From Candidatus Heimdallarchaeum aukensis (GTDB taxonomy: Archaea > Asgardarchaeota > Heimdallarchaeia > Heimdallarchaeales > Heimdallarchaeaceae): DNA of 64,000 bases. The notes beneath the pieces were generated by a model, which was not told the origin of the DNA, made no database searches, and saw nothing but the letters and a program-made list of their open reading frames with translations. Of the stretch, positions 45,931 to 56,340 are shown piece by piece (position 1 is the stretch's first letter; every line of letters starts with the position of its first letter). A program made the position numbers and the translations under genes. The stretch spans positions 768,001-832,000 of the forward strand of contig CP084166.1 in NCBI GenBank assembly GCA_021513695.1, written 5' to 3'.

Positions 45931-47676
45931 CTATTCTAATATCCCATTTCTTTTGAATATTTCCATAATCTCATTAACTTTTTCTTCTTGATCTATGTTC
46001 ATATCACTTGTTTCTAGTTCTAAGGACAAAAGTAGTCCTGTGGATTTATTACATACAATGCTGATGGTTTCAAGATTAAGTTCTTTTATATCGCTTGTGT
46101 CCCAGATATAGGTATGCAAAACGTTTCCAGATTCATATTCTACTTGTTTCATCACAATTTCTTTTCCTTCTAAAAATGCTTCTAAATTATTCATGTCAAT
46201 CTTTCTATTAATGTTTAAGGTTATAATGAAATCTCTTAATGCTTTTTTCTCCATTCTTGATTTACTTATCCGTAAATACACTACTAAAGCTACCCACGCA
46301 AAAATGCTGAAAATAAATAGTATAAGATTTGCTATCTGATCTCTAGCTAACGGTATTTTATTTACAATTGAATTATAAATTGTTTGGTCAGAAGAGATTT
46401 CTCCAATGGCAAAAGCTACAATCTCAAGAATTATTGAACCAGCAAGAATCAATTCGATCATATCAATAGCTTCGCTAGTTCTTGTATTAGCTTGAAGAAC
46501 TTGATTCATCGATTTTGTATTTTGTGTCATTGCTTTATTCATTTTTCTTATTTGCATTTCAGAAAGTGTATTTATGTGATCTCTCTTCCCTTCGAGCTCA
46601 GTAAGTAAACCCTTAATTACTTTAGTGCTTTCTTTTACTCTATTTCGTATGGTTTCTAATCCTTTTTCGATTTCAAAGAAAGAAAAAGTGGATAAACTAT
46701 CAAAATTATTTGTTAGCTGCTCACATGAATCATGCAAAAACTCTTTTACTTGTCCTAAAACGCTAATTGTACTTGTTAGAATAGTTATCTCTTCTTGTAC
46801 TTTGTTTAGAGCATCAGTATTTCCTTTTACAGCCATATTAACTAATTCTTGAATTTCATTGGTTTGATCATAAAGTTCCCATACTCGAGACATGAAACTG
46901 TCAATGAATATAGTTATTCCTTCTTTTATACCGTTATAAATTGAGTAATATTCCATTTCTTCAGTAAACTCTTTGGGTACAAGAATAGCCCCTCTATTAC
47001 CTATAAAATAGATGGAACCATCTATAGAATGTGCTCTAAACCCTTCTCCAATTATTTGACTTATCTCAATCTCACAATCTTCACCATCTAAGTAATCTTT
47101 TACGTCTTCAAACTTCTTGTTTATATCTTCCCCAACAATGAGAATAGTTTTAGGTCTATACATTGGGTTACCAAAAATAATTTTGATAAAGTTCCTCTGA
47201 AATTCTGTAAGAAGAGAGTCTATAACTTGTGATGAATCTTGTGAAAGATCAGCAATAACGCGAGAGAGTTTATCTAAAGACATAAAGCTATTCTTTCCAT
47301 TAATTTCACGAAGATCTAAAGAATAAATAATAAAACCTAACTTTGAAATAAATACAGCCATTTCCTCAATCTGTACTATTCCTTCTTCTTCAGGTAGATC
47401 AATTATTGCTTCAAGATTAACATAATTATTAATATCGTAATCCTTTACTGTTACTTTTGTATATTTGCCTTCTGTTAGAAAAGAGGGAGAATCAGGGTCA
47501 GAGTCAATCAATCCTGTAAGTAAAGTTTTAGAAGAACTCTTTTCTATATCTAGTTTCTTATTAAGTTCTCTCAGCTGATTACTATCAAAAGGAAGCCATT
47601 CAATTACGAAAATTTTAGGGTTTTTTAGAAAAAGTATTTCACTTAATTCATCCTTTATGTTATCTGATTTTTGCAT
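45931..47676 (-). CDS. Large hypothetical membrane-associated protein
   Basis: A 581-aa ORF with two hydrophobic helices near residues 400-450 (LILAGSIILEIVAFAIGEI, IANLILFIFSIFAWVALVVYL). It starts 4 nt after the upstream gene. Confidence 0.4.
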   Translation of the reverse strand: MQKSDNIKDELSEILFLKNPKIFVIEWLPFDSNQLRELNKKLDIEKSSSKTLLTGLIDSDPDSPSFLTEGKYTKVTVKDYDINNYVNLEAIIDLPEEEGIVQIEEMAVFISKLGFIIYSLDLREINGKNSFMSLDKLSRVIADLSQDSSQVIDSLLTEFQRNFIKIIFGNPMYRPKTILIVGEDINKKFEDVKDYLDGEDCEIEISQIIGEGFRAHSIDGSIYFIGNRGAILVPKEFTEEMEYYSIYNGIKEGITIFIDSFMSRVWELYDQTNEIQELVNMAVKGNTDALNKVQEEITILTSTISVLGQVKEFLHDSCEQLTNNFDSLSTFSFFEIEKGLETIRNRVKESTKVIKGLLTELEGKRDHINTLSEMQIRKMNKAMTQNTKSMNQVLQANTRTSEAIDMIELILAGSIILEIVAFAIGEISSDQTIYNSIVNKIPLARDQIANLILFIFSIFAWVALVVYLRISKSRMEKKALRDFIITLNINRKIDMNNLEAFLEGKEIVMKQVEYESGNVLHTYIWDTSDIKELNLETISIVCNKSTGLLLSLELETSDMNIDQEEKVNEIMEIFKRNGILE

Positions 47677-47680
47677 TTTG

Positions 47681-48286
47681 TCACCTCACTAACCTATCTG
47701 AAACTCTAATGAAATAGGGCTCAGAAACATAACTCACATCTTCGCTTTCTAGAAAATCAAGATCAGTATCTGATTCATCACAAATAGGGCAATCCATTTT
47801 GATAATAGGTTTTTCACCTAGTTCCATATAAAACTTCAAATGAGTGTTACATTTTTTGCAATAAAATAAATTCTTAACTTCTTCTTTTACATCTGCAGGA
47901 ATTTGTTTTAGTAACTCATATCCTTGAGGAGTAATTCTGTAAGCTGTCACAAATCCATGTTTTGCAGTGCTTAATCTTATTTTTTCTAGAATGTCCAACT
48001 CTCTTAAATCTTCGATATCATCTACTCCTTCATAACTAATGTTACAGCTATAACAGCTTCTACCAAAAAATTGAACTGAAGTAGGAGCATAGTCATAAGT
48101 CTCATACGAGCCTTTAATAATCTGATAGTAAATAACTGCAAGCAAAGGTAACTCTTTTATCCAGATTCTCTTTCCATTTTGAATAAAAGAATTATCGTCT
48201 GTTCCAGACACCCACTTTAGTAGATAGTCTATAGTATATAATAATAGTTGTTGATCTCTAGTTAAGTCCTTAATTTCAACATCCAT
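47681..48286 (-). CDS. Hypothetical protein with a winged-helix-like segment, a C-terminal zinc ribbon and an acidic tail
   Basis: LSTAKHGFVTAYRITPQGYELLKQI is wH-like. CKKCNTHL..(x17)..CPICDE is a Cx2C...Cx2C zinc ribbon. The tail DTDLDFLESEDVSYV is acidic. Confidence 0.4.
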   Translation of the reverse strand: MDVEIKDLTRDQQLLLYTIDYLLKWVSGTDDNSFIQNGKRIWIKELPLLAVIYYQIIKGSYETYDYAPTSVQFFGRSCYSCNISYEGVDDIEDLRELDILEKIRLSTAKHGFVTAYRITPQGYELLKQIPADVKEEVKNLFYCKKCNTHLKFYMELGEKPIIKMDCPICDESDTDLDFLESEDVSYVSEPYFIRVSDRLVR

Positions 48287-48466
48287 ATTTAACCAGTCTA
48301 ATAAATCCTAAGTTCTATAAAATGTTTTTGTGAGTTTTGGAAATATATCTCCACAAACTTGTTAATTAAAAATTTCACAAATCTTACTATTCATACTCTT
48401 TATTTTTTCAGTTAATTTTATATTACAGTATTTTTCTATCTTTTAAACGCCTTTTGAGATGATAAA

Positions 48467-50002
48467 ATGAAAATAAACCTCAACAAATTACAAAGAAAAG
48501 AAAATGGACAAGTAAGGATAGGAGTATTAATCAGTGGAACAGGCATCGGAGTTTTTATGGCCTCTCTTGATGCCACAGTAGCAGTAATCCTCCTTGAGCT
48601 CATACGAGCAGATTTCAATGTTAGTCCTAATAGAATTCAGTGGGTAGTTCTAAGTTATTTATTAGTAATGATGGCGTTTACTATTATTGCAGGAGATCTA
48701 GGAGATAAAATAAGTAATAAACATATTTTTCAATTAGGAATGCTTATTTTTGCTTTAGGTTCTTTTCTTTGTTTTCTTTCACATAGCCTAATGTTTCTGA
48801 TTTTTGCCAGGGCAATCCAGTCATTAGGAGCTACTGGAATGATAGCTAATGGTATTGCCCTTGTTACTCGCTTTACAACTAGAAATAATAGAGGAAAAGC
48901 AATGGGTTTAAGCAACCTAATAATTTCTGTTTCTGTCATTTCTGGCCCTTTACTTGGTGCTTTAATAACCCATTATTATAGTTGGAGAGTAGTCTTTCTA
49001 GTTAATGTTCCCATAGGTTTAGTCGGATTGATTTGGGGACAATTTGCAATTCCTGAAACACCTTCATTAAAGAAAGAAAAAAAGGCTGATTATATAGGTT
49101 CGTTATCTTTTGCTTCATTTTTGACATTATTTATGTTAAGTTTAAGTCTATTTGTAGAGGAGATCGTACCCAACTCACAAACCTATGCAATAATAAGTTT
49201 AGTTGGAAGTGTTATCTTCTTTCCTATTTTTATCTGGTGGGAAGGGAGACATGATAATCCCTTAATTGATCTCAAGTTGTTAAAAGACAAAAAAATAAGC
49301 TTTGGGCTAATCACCGCAGTGATGAAACACCAAGGCTATATAATTATTCTTTATCATCTTAACATTTATCTTCAAGCAATACATATAGCAGCAAGAATAG
49401 ATAATATTGAACTTCCTTCAATAATAATTGTAGGATTAATTATTTCTGGTTTGCCTGTCGGAATGGCTATAATGGCTGTAATTTCAGGGTATCTCTCTGA
49501 TAAAATAGATGCACGTTATTTATGTACAGCTGCAATTTTGGGAGTTGTGTTAATGCTAATTCTGTTGTTTATTTTCTTATCAGTCGATGCTCCTATTTGG
49601 TTCTATGTAATTGTTACTACAATAATAGGAGTTTGTATAGGACTATTTCAATCACCAAACATTAATTCAGTCATGTCTGCAGCTCCAAAAGATAAAGTAG
49701 GCGTAATAAGTGGTCTTCACGGGTTAACAACAAGTATTGGTATAAGTTTAGGAACAGCTATTTCTACAGCAGTATTGACTCTAGGAGGAACAATAATAGC
49801 AAATAGTAAAGGGATTCAAGTAGGAAATCTTGTTGATACACCAGAAGTCTATGTTCCAGCTCTTCGTTGGATGTTCCTATTCTTTGCTATCATAACTTCC
49901 TTTGGTGCAATAATATCTTATCTCAGAGGACCAGAAAACAGAGAGAAAATAGAAGAAGAAAAAGTTAATTTGAAAAACTTTAAATCATTAATAAAAAATT
50001 AA
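48467..50002 (+). CDS. MFS transporter (DHA2-like, about 14 TM helices)
   Basis: A 511-aa protein. MFS motif A-like GDLGDKISNKH. About 14 hydrophobic helices with a central loop. Confidence 0.8.
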   Translation: MKINLNKLQRKENGQVRIGVLISGTGIGVFMASLDATVAVILLELIRADFNVSPNRIQWVVLSYLLVMMAFTIIAGDLGDKISNKHIFQLGMLIFALGSFLCFLSHSLMFLIFARAIQSLGATGMIANGIALVTRFTTRNNRGKAMGLSNLIISVSVISGPLLGALITHYYSWRVVFLVNVPIGLVGLIWGQFAIPETPSLKKEKKADYIGSLSFASFLTLFMLSLSLFVEEIVPNSQTYAIISLVGSVIFFPIFIWWEGRHDNPLIDLKLLKDKKISFGLITAVMKHQGYIIILYHLNIYLQAIHIAARIDNIELPSIIIVGLIISGLPVGMAIMAVISGYLSDKIDARYLCTAAILGVVLMLILLFIFLSVDAPIWFYVIVTTIIGVCIGLFQSPNINSVMSAAPKDKVGVISGLHGLTTSIGISLGTAISTAVLTLGGTIIANSKGIQVGNLVDTPEVYVPALRWMFLFFAIITSFGAIISYLRGPENREKIEEEKVNLKNFKSLIKN

Positions 50003-50049
50003 CAAACATAATAAAATCAATAAAAAATAAATAGAAAAGTGTAAACTTA

Positions 50050-50517
50050 ATGAGAGGAGTGTTTATAGCTTTAGAAAAAGAGAATAAGTTTGAATACTAT
50101 TTCAAACCAGAAAAAATCATTGATGAAATAGAGTGGACAGAATTAAAAATTCAGCAATTACATGAACAAGGAATGATTAATGAATTCTTTTCTATAAGTT
50201 TACATGAATATCAAATTGCAGGACAGTTTTTTACACTGAAAAACAATAAGAACAAGAAACACATAATAGGCTTTTTATTAAACGAAAATACGAATCCAAT
50301 CCCCTATAGAAGCCTAATAAACTCTCTTCTCTCATTTGTAAATTCATTAATAATAACGGACGAAGATAAAATTTTTGAGGAAATATTAGAAGACTTGATT
50401 AAATTGGCGAACAAACAATGTACTACAATTTCTGTAAATAACCACAAGAAGAAATTATGTGTTGAAAATAAAAAAACACTCTATGAAACACTAAAAGAAA
50501 ACTTGTGGGCTTTCTAA
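50050..50517 (+). CDS. Hypothetical protein
   Basis: A 155-aa ORF sitting directly upstream of PepF. Confidence 0.35.
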   Translation: MRGVFIALEKENKFEYYFKPEKIIDEIEWTELKIQQLHEQGMINEFFSISLHEYQIAGQFFTLKNNKNKKHIIGFLLNENTNPIPYRSLINSLLSFVNSLIITDEDKIFEEILEDLIKLANKQCTTISVNNHKKKLCVENKKTLYETLKENLWAF

Positions 50518-50594
50518 ATATTAAATTTAATCAAATCTGTTATAATAATGGATATAGGAAAAAGCTTACTAATGTGTTTAAAAAAATATTTTAC

Positions 50595-52379
50595 ATGAGT
50601 GAAAACATTGTTCAATGGAATCTAAGCGATTTTTTTGATTCGATAAATGACCCGCGGATAGATAAGACAATATCAGAAATAGAAGAGAAAGTTGAAGATT
50701 TTGTCAAGAAAGCTAAAGGAAATTTACAAAAAATCGAACCAGCAAAGCTAAAAGAATTGTTTAAAGAATATGAAGAAATAAACGAAAAAAGTTTCTATCT
50801 GTCAGTTTATTCATACCTTGTATATTCTACTAATTCAATTGATGAAGAAGTAAAATCATTCTATGCAAAAATAGACGAGTTTTCAAGCAAAGTTTCTGAA
50901 AAAATGCTTTTCTTTGAAATTGAACTAAACACTATTTCAGATGAAGATTTTAAGAAACTTGTAGAAGCTCCTGAACTTAAAGAATATAAACACTTTTTAG
51001 AGTTTAATAGATTACAAAAACCTCATCAACTATCTGAAAAGGAAGAGCAGATAATCATAATGAAAGATCTAGTAGGCTCTAAAGCTTTTAATAAACTATA
51101 CACTGAAATCGTTTCTAGGTTTAGTTTTCAATTTGAATTGGATGGAGAAATAAAAACTTTAACTGGCCCTCAACTTATATCCTTACTTCAACATAAAGAC
51201 AGAGAAGTAAGAAAAAGAGCTTTACTTACCTATGTTGAAGCTTATAAGAACAACGAACTTGTTCTGACTCACATATATAATAACGTAATCAAGGATTTTG
51301 ATCTAGAAACAAAAAAACGTAACTATGAAAAACCAGTTCAACTTCGAAATCTAGAAAATGAGGTAGAAGATGAGATAGTAGAAGCACTAGAGAAAGCTAC
51401 AACAGAGAGCTACAAACCTTTAGTAGAACGTTATTACAATCTAAAAAAGAATATTCTAGGTTACGATGATTTGCATATGTATGATATTTATGCTCCTGTA
51501 GGCAATATAAATAAAGAATATGAATACGAAGAAGCAGTAGAAATAATAAAACAAGCAACAGAAAATTTTGATCCAGAGTTTAAAGAAATTGTTGAAAATA
51601 TGGTCAAAAAAGGACACATAGACCTTACTCCAAGGAGAGGAAAGGAAGGAGGAGCTTACTGCCACTATGGAAAGTTAAAGAATTATCCTTTTGTCTTTGT
51701 GAATTACACTAAGACCATTGATTCAGTCTTAACACTGGCACATGAGCTTGGACATGCGATACACTTTTACTACACACTAAAGAACCAAAATTATGTAAAT
51801 ATATTCCCAACAATACCTATGGCAGAAATAGCTTCAGTTTTCTGCGAGATAATGACTTTTGATTATCTAGTTAACCAGGATCTAAAAAAAGAAGAAAAAA
51901 TAGCTTTACTATGTACTCATCTAGAAGGAAATTTTGCCACTTCTCACAGACAAAACGCGTTTTATAGATTTGAAAAACAAATACATGAACTAATGAGCAA
52001 GAAACTCCCAAGCACAAAAGACTATGTAGATATTTTTACAAATGAAATGCAACTAATGTTTGGAAATGCAGTAGAAAAAATAAAAGAAGAATATTCACAT
52101 TATGCTTTCGTAGTAAATCATTTCTTACACACACCTTTCTACGTCTATGCATACAACATGTCTAATCTAATGGTAATAGCTTTATATCAACTATATCTAG
52201 AAAAAGGAAAAGAATACTTTATACCAAGATACAAAAAATTACTATCATCGGGAGGATCAGCAACACCACAAGAAATGCTAAAAGAATTCGAGATTGACTT
52301 GAAAGATGCTGAATTCTGGAAAAAAGGACTAAAGTACTTAGAAAGCAAAATAGATGAATTAGAAGAATTAATTAACTAA
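50595..52379 (+). CDS. pepF: Oligoendopeptidase F (M3 family)
   Basis: HELGHAIH is the HExxH motif, followed by a downstream E. The N-terminus MSENIVQWNLSDFF is typical of PepF. The track ORF starts at an upstream GTG (50505), but the ATG at 50595 is the more likely start. Confidence 0.8.
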   Translation: MSENIVQWNLSDFFDSINDPRIDKTISEIEEKVEDFVKKAKGNLQKIEPAKLKELFKEYEEINEKSFYLSVYSYLVYSTNSIDEEVKSFYAKIDEFSSKVSEKMLFFEIELNTISDEDFKKLVEAPELKEYKHFLEFNRLQKPHQLSEKEEQIIIMKDLVGSKAFNKLYTEIVSRFSFQFELDGEIKTLTGPQLISLLQHKDREVRKRALLTYVEAYKNNELVLTHIYNNVIKDFDLETKKRNYEKPVQLRNLENEVEDEIVEALEKATTESYKPLVERYYNLKKNILGYDDLHMYDIYAPVGNINKEYEYEEAVEIIKQATENFDPEFKEIVENMVKKGHIDLTPRRGKEGGAYCHYGKLKNYPFVFVNYTKTIDSVLTLAHELGHAIHFYYTLKNQNYVNIFPTIPMAEIASVFCEIMTFDYLVNQDLKKEEKIALLCTHLEGNFATSHRQNAFYRFEKQIHELMSKKLPSTKDYVDIFTNEMQLMFGNAVEKIKEEYSHYAFVVNHFLHTPFYVYAYNMSNLMVIALYQLYLEKGKEYFIPRYKKLLSSGGSATPQEMLKEFEIDLKDAEFWKKGLKYLESKIDELEELIN

Positions 52380-52546
52380 TTTTTTCTTTTTGTGAATTTC
52401 TTTAAAAAAGTATTTTGCATTCTAAAAAGCCAATTAGACCTATTAATTATAATTTGTGAAATTCTCCAAGGAAAAGAATACACATAATAACACCATAAAT
52501 AGAAAAATAATTAAATATAAAAATAAAGTATTTAATTAGAGTATTA

Positions 52547-53002
52547 ATGTCAGATATATCACTGTCCCTTACTGAAAAAGATAGTAGGAAACAAATGGAA
52601 GAGGAGTATAAAAGCCAACAGTTTGAAAGATTGCAAATTGCATCTGAAGAAGAAAATTCTATTAATACCATTTTAAAGAATGAAAACGTTTCAACTAAAA
52701 TTAGAGAAATAACTACAGCTATACCTATAATCAAATATAAAATAAACTTCTTAACAGATAATATTAAAGTTGTACACCTAAAAGACAAAAAAATCGAATC
52801 AGAAAAAATAAGCAATGAAATAAAAAAGTATGAAGAAACGGATGAAGATATTAGTGTAGAAAAAATAAAACCATTAATTCTTGAATATATAAAAAATAAA
52901 GAAGGTGTAAAAACTACAGAAATTATTGAACATTTCGATTTTGATACATGGTTAATATTAGAATCTCTAGATGAATTAAAAGAGGAAGGTATGATAGAAT
53001 AA
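52547..53002 (+). CDS. Hypothetical acidic protein with a possible C-terminal winged-helix
   Basis: A 151-aa E/K-rich protein. The C-terminus is VKTTEIIEHFDFDTWLILESLDELKEEGMIE. Confidence 0.3.
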   Translation: MSDISLSLTEKDSRKQMEEEYKSQQFERLQIASEEENSINTILKNENVSTKIREITTAIPIIKYKINFLTDNIKVVHLKDKKIESEKISNEIKKYEETDEDISVEKIKPLILEYIKNKEGVKTTEIIEHFDFDTWLILESLDELKEEGMIE

Positions 53003-53690
53003 ATGACAGATATCACAAAAGAACTTAAACCAGGAGACAGATTTAGATTTGAACAGATAACTGTTCAAGCAAGAAAAATGTCTAAAGAAAAACTTGTGAG
53101 AGGAACTCAATCACATAAAGCTGTACTAGTTACTTTTAGCAAATCAGGAATAGTTTTTATAGACAAAACATGGAGGATTGCTAACAAAAGAGAAAGTGAT
53201 TATAGAAGGTGATAATATAACAAGAGAGGAAATAATAAATATAAGAATTGAAGAAGACTTAGACTTTGAAATTCAGCAATTAAATTTTAGCAGATACGAA
53301 GTAGAAGACGGAACTATATTAAGAATTTTAAATATACCAACAAAAATCTTTCGTTTAGCAGACTATGATAAACAAGGTTTTCCTGAGTATCTAGTTCAGC
53401 ACAAGAACATTGTTTCTGCTCTTGTTCCACAGGAGTTAAGAGGAGAAGCTTCTCATGAAATTTTTAACTTAAAAAAAGATAGAGTAGATATTATTGAATT
53501 TATTCCTCTAGAAGAGCCATTCAATGAGTTTAAATTGGGCGATGGAACTTTATTACGTATCAGACTTATAGTAAATCAAGTTTTTAAATCAGAAAAAAGA
53601 AACTACCTAGGAGAACCAATTTATGTAATAGACAGTTTAATTAGTATAACAAGGAAAATTCCAGATCATTTAAGAAAAAATAATTCATAA
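53003..53690 (+). CDS. Hypothetical protein. The track gives two overlapping ORFs, 53003..53212 and 53178..53690, that may be one gene with a +1 frameshift.
   Basis: The first ORF starts 1 nt after the stop of 52547..53002. The second ORF has only a weak start inside the 35-nt overlap and sits in a different frame. I cannot tell by eye whether the disruption is real. Confidence 0.25.
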
Positions 53691-54261
53691 ACCACCGCTA
53701 TGTTTATCTAGTGCGCAAAAGTGTAACCCATGTCTATTGAGTGAACAACTCTTTAGAAAAAGAAAAAGAGAAAACACAAGTCACTAGCTTCAACAGTGAA
53801 GAGCTATCTATTGCTCTTAAGGAAAGGTGGGAAATTAGATAATAAACACAATATCAAAAACTCAATTCATAAATTCTTTTTTAAATTTTTATTAGAGGGC
53901 AGTAAACATTGGAAAATCTAACTTTTGTACAATTTTTTCTTTTTGCTGCAATGGTTTTTTTTCACCTCATTCTTCTAATAAGGGGTTCTATACAAAAAGC
54001 CACCACCTTTACGGCAGTGGAAAAAAGGTAAGCTTCCAGTGGAATAGCACTAAAAATAATACGCTTTTTAAATGCTTTTTCCAGCAAAGAACAATAATAT
54101 CTAAAAGTAAATTAAAAATCATAAATGCTGTTTATTCAATTATTTTGCTTTTATCCATTTTTGACCATTTATAATAAAAAATCAAGATATATCTAAAGGG
54201 TCTAATTCTAACAAAGAAGACCTCTTTCAATAAATAATTTTGGATTTTTTCAATTTTTAAC

Positions 54262-55224
54262 TTATTCATATTTTTCCTTTTTGCTTTTCTTAATTTGCCA
54301 AAATATTCTATTATTATATTCAACACGTTTTATTTTCTCTTTTTTCTCCATTTGCAAAAGTAAATCCATAATCTCATTCTTTGATACATTAGGGAATAGT
54401 GTAAATATTTGATCCTCTCTTAATGGATGCCTTTGTGTAATTTCTAAGATTATTTTTTCTGGTGAAGAATTTTTATCTATGTTTTCTACTAATAATTGAT
54501 CATAGTGAGCAATACTTTCAGCATTTAGTATTCTTAATGCTTCTTGTAGTCTTTCCGTTAGTGGAATTTTCACCCATTTCTCTGCAGGTGGTCTTATAGG
54601 GACATTAATGAATATTTTATCTGGTTGAATTTTATCAAAAATTCTTTTTAGAACTTTTAATGTATTATCATCATCATTAAGATCTTTGACAAGCATTAGT
54701 TCCAACCATAGTTGACCTGAAAAAATTTTTCTAAACTTAATCATACCTTCTGTTATTTTATCTAAGTCAAGTTCTTTTCTAGGTCGATTAATTCTTTTAA
54801 ATAGCTCTTTGTTTGGAGCATCTAAAGTAGGTAAAACAAAATCTGCTTTACTAATTTCTTTTCTCACTTCTGCTTCACATAATAAAGCTCCATTAGTAAT
54901 AACTGCAATAGGTATTTGACTAATCTTCTTAAGTTCACTTATTAGTTCTCCTAATCCCTTGTATAGAGTGGGTTCACCGTCTCCCACTATTGTTATAACA
55001 TCAATGTCTAATTTTTCTAGAAGAGCTCTTCTTACTTCATCAACTATATCTAATACAGGATAGAACATCTTTCTTGTATTGGTATAATTTGTTGTTCTCC
55101 CTAATTGACAGTAAACACAGCTAAAGTTACAAGTTTTTGATGGAATAGGGCTGATTCCCAATGAACGCCCTAATCTTCTAGAAGGAACAGGTCCGAAAAC
55201 ATATTTATATTCTTGCTTACTCAT
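54262..55224 (-). CDS. Radical SAM protein
   Basis: CNFSCVYCQ (CxxxCxxC) comes after an N-terminal GPVPSRRLGRSLGI. The protein is 320 aa. Confidence 0.7.
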   Translation of the reverse strand: MSKQEYKYVFGPVPSRRLGRSLGISPIPSKTCNFSCVYCQLGRTTNYTNTRKMFYPVLDIVDEVRRALLEKLDIDVITIVGDGEPTLYKGLGELISELKKISQIPIAVITNGALLCEAEVRKEISKADFVLPTLDAPNKELFKRINRPRKELDLDKITEGMIKFRKIFSGQLWLELMLVKDLNDDDNTLKVLKRIFDKIQPDKIFINVPIRPPAEKWVKIPLTERLQEALRILNAESIAHYDQLLVENIDKNSSPEKIILEITQRHPLREDQIFTLFPNVSKNEIMDLLLQMEKKEKIKRVEYNNRIFWQIKKSKKEKYE

Positions 55225-55556
55225 TAATTATTAAATCTTAAATTTATTAATATCTCTTTATGTATAACAAAAAACATCTTTCGCATTTTTGATTATCGAA
55301 GGTCCTTTCAATTCCCTCTGTATTACAAATATTTACACTAGCAATACTTTTGAGATTTTTCTCACTTGTTTTGAATATTATTTCTCTTTTCTAAATCTTT
55401 TTTTTTTATTTTTTTAATATCTGAATAAATATCAGATTATTTACAGAAAAAAAATTTTTTAATGGTCTTATTTTATTAGGAATTGGCGTTCTTTTTTGTA
55501 GTAAAAAAACAAATAAAACACTAATATTTAAAGTATCATGGAAAAAGGTTAGTTAA

Positions 55557-56090
55557 ATGACAAAAACAATTAATACTTGCAAGATTGTTATTGTTGGCGA
55601 TAAAGGAGTGGGAAAAACATCACTAGTCCATAGCCTAGTCGGGAAAGAAAAAATAATTAAAATTACTCCTGGGGTGAAAATAGAAAATATGCTAGTAGAT
55701 TTAGGTGAAAATATTACTGCAGACGTTGTTTTCTGGAATTTAGAAGAAGATCCTCATTTTAGATTTTTTCAACAAGATGTTCTAGAATGTCCAAATATTG
55801 TCTTATTAGTATATGATCTAAACAACTTTAGTTCTTTATTACACTTAGAAAATGAATGTCTTCCAATGTTTGAGAAAAATGACACATTAAAAAAATCTAC
55901 ACCGATTCTGATTGGTAATAAAATTGATCTAGGACAATCAATAAATGATAAGGTAATAGAAGATTTTATACAAAAATATGGAATTCCATCTTTCAAAATT
56001 TCTGTTAAAGAAAAAATCAACATTGAAGAAGTAGCTAACGCAACAATTGAGATAGTAAAGTCTTATTATAAGAAGAAAAAACAAAGTTAA
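55557..56090 (+). CDS. Small GTPase (Ras superfamily) with a non-canonical switch II
   Basis: G1 is GDKGVGKTS, switch I has a Thr in KITPGV, G4 is GNKIDL and G5 is SVK. The G3 position reads FWNLEEDP instead of WDTAGQE, so the DxxG Gly and the catalytic Gln are absent. Confidence 0.7.
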   Translation: MTKTINTCKIVIVGDKGVGKTSLVHSLVGKEKIIKITPGVKIENMLVDLGENITADVVFWNLEEDPHFRFFQQDVLECPNIVLLVYDLNNFSSLLHLENECLPMFEKNDTLKKSTPILIGNKIDLGQSINDKVIEDFIQKYGIPSFKISVKEKINIEEVANATIEIVKSYYKKKKQS

Positions 56091-56340
56091 CTAATTGATT
56101 TATTGTCAAACATTGTTTAGTCATTCATTTCATATTTTATAGCAATATTGATTTTTATTTGCGTATTTTTCTGTATAGGATCGATTCATTGAGCCATTGC
56201 TATAATGAATTGTAGAGAAATAGTTTATTCAATAATAATAGTTTGTTCATCAGCACCTTTCTTTTCAATTTCACCAATTTTTTTAACTATAATAAAGATG
56301 AATTTCTAAAAAAGTTTGAGGTCAAATTAAAAGAAAGTAA

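Noticed and set aside
47681-48286. The wH plus zinc-ribbon protein as TFE-alpha
   Set aside because: The domain order and spacing differ from TFE-alpha, which has its winged helix at the extreme N-terminus. An extra ~100-aa N-terminal region is present. The similarity is architectural only.
52447-53016. ORF 52447..53016 (-), 189 aa
   Set aside because: It is antisense to the 52547..53002 (+) ORF. Its product is a Ser/Ile-rich low-complexity peptide typical of a spurious AT-rich frame.
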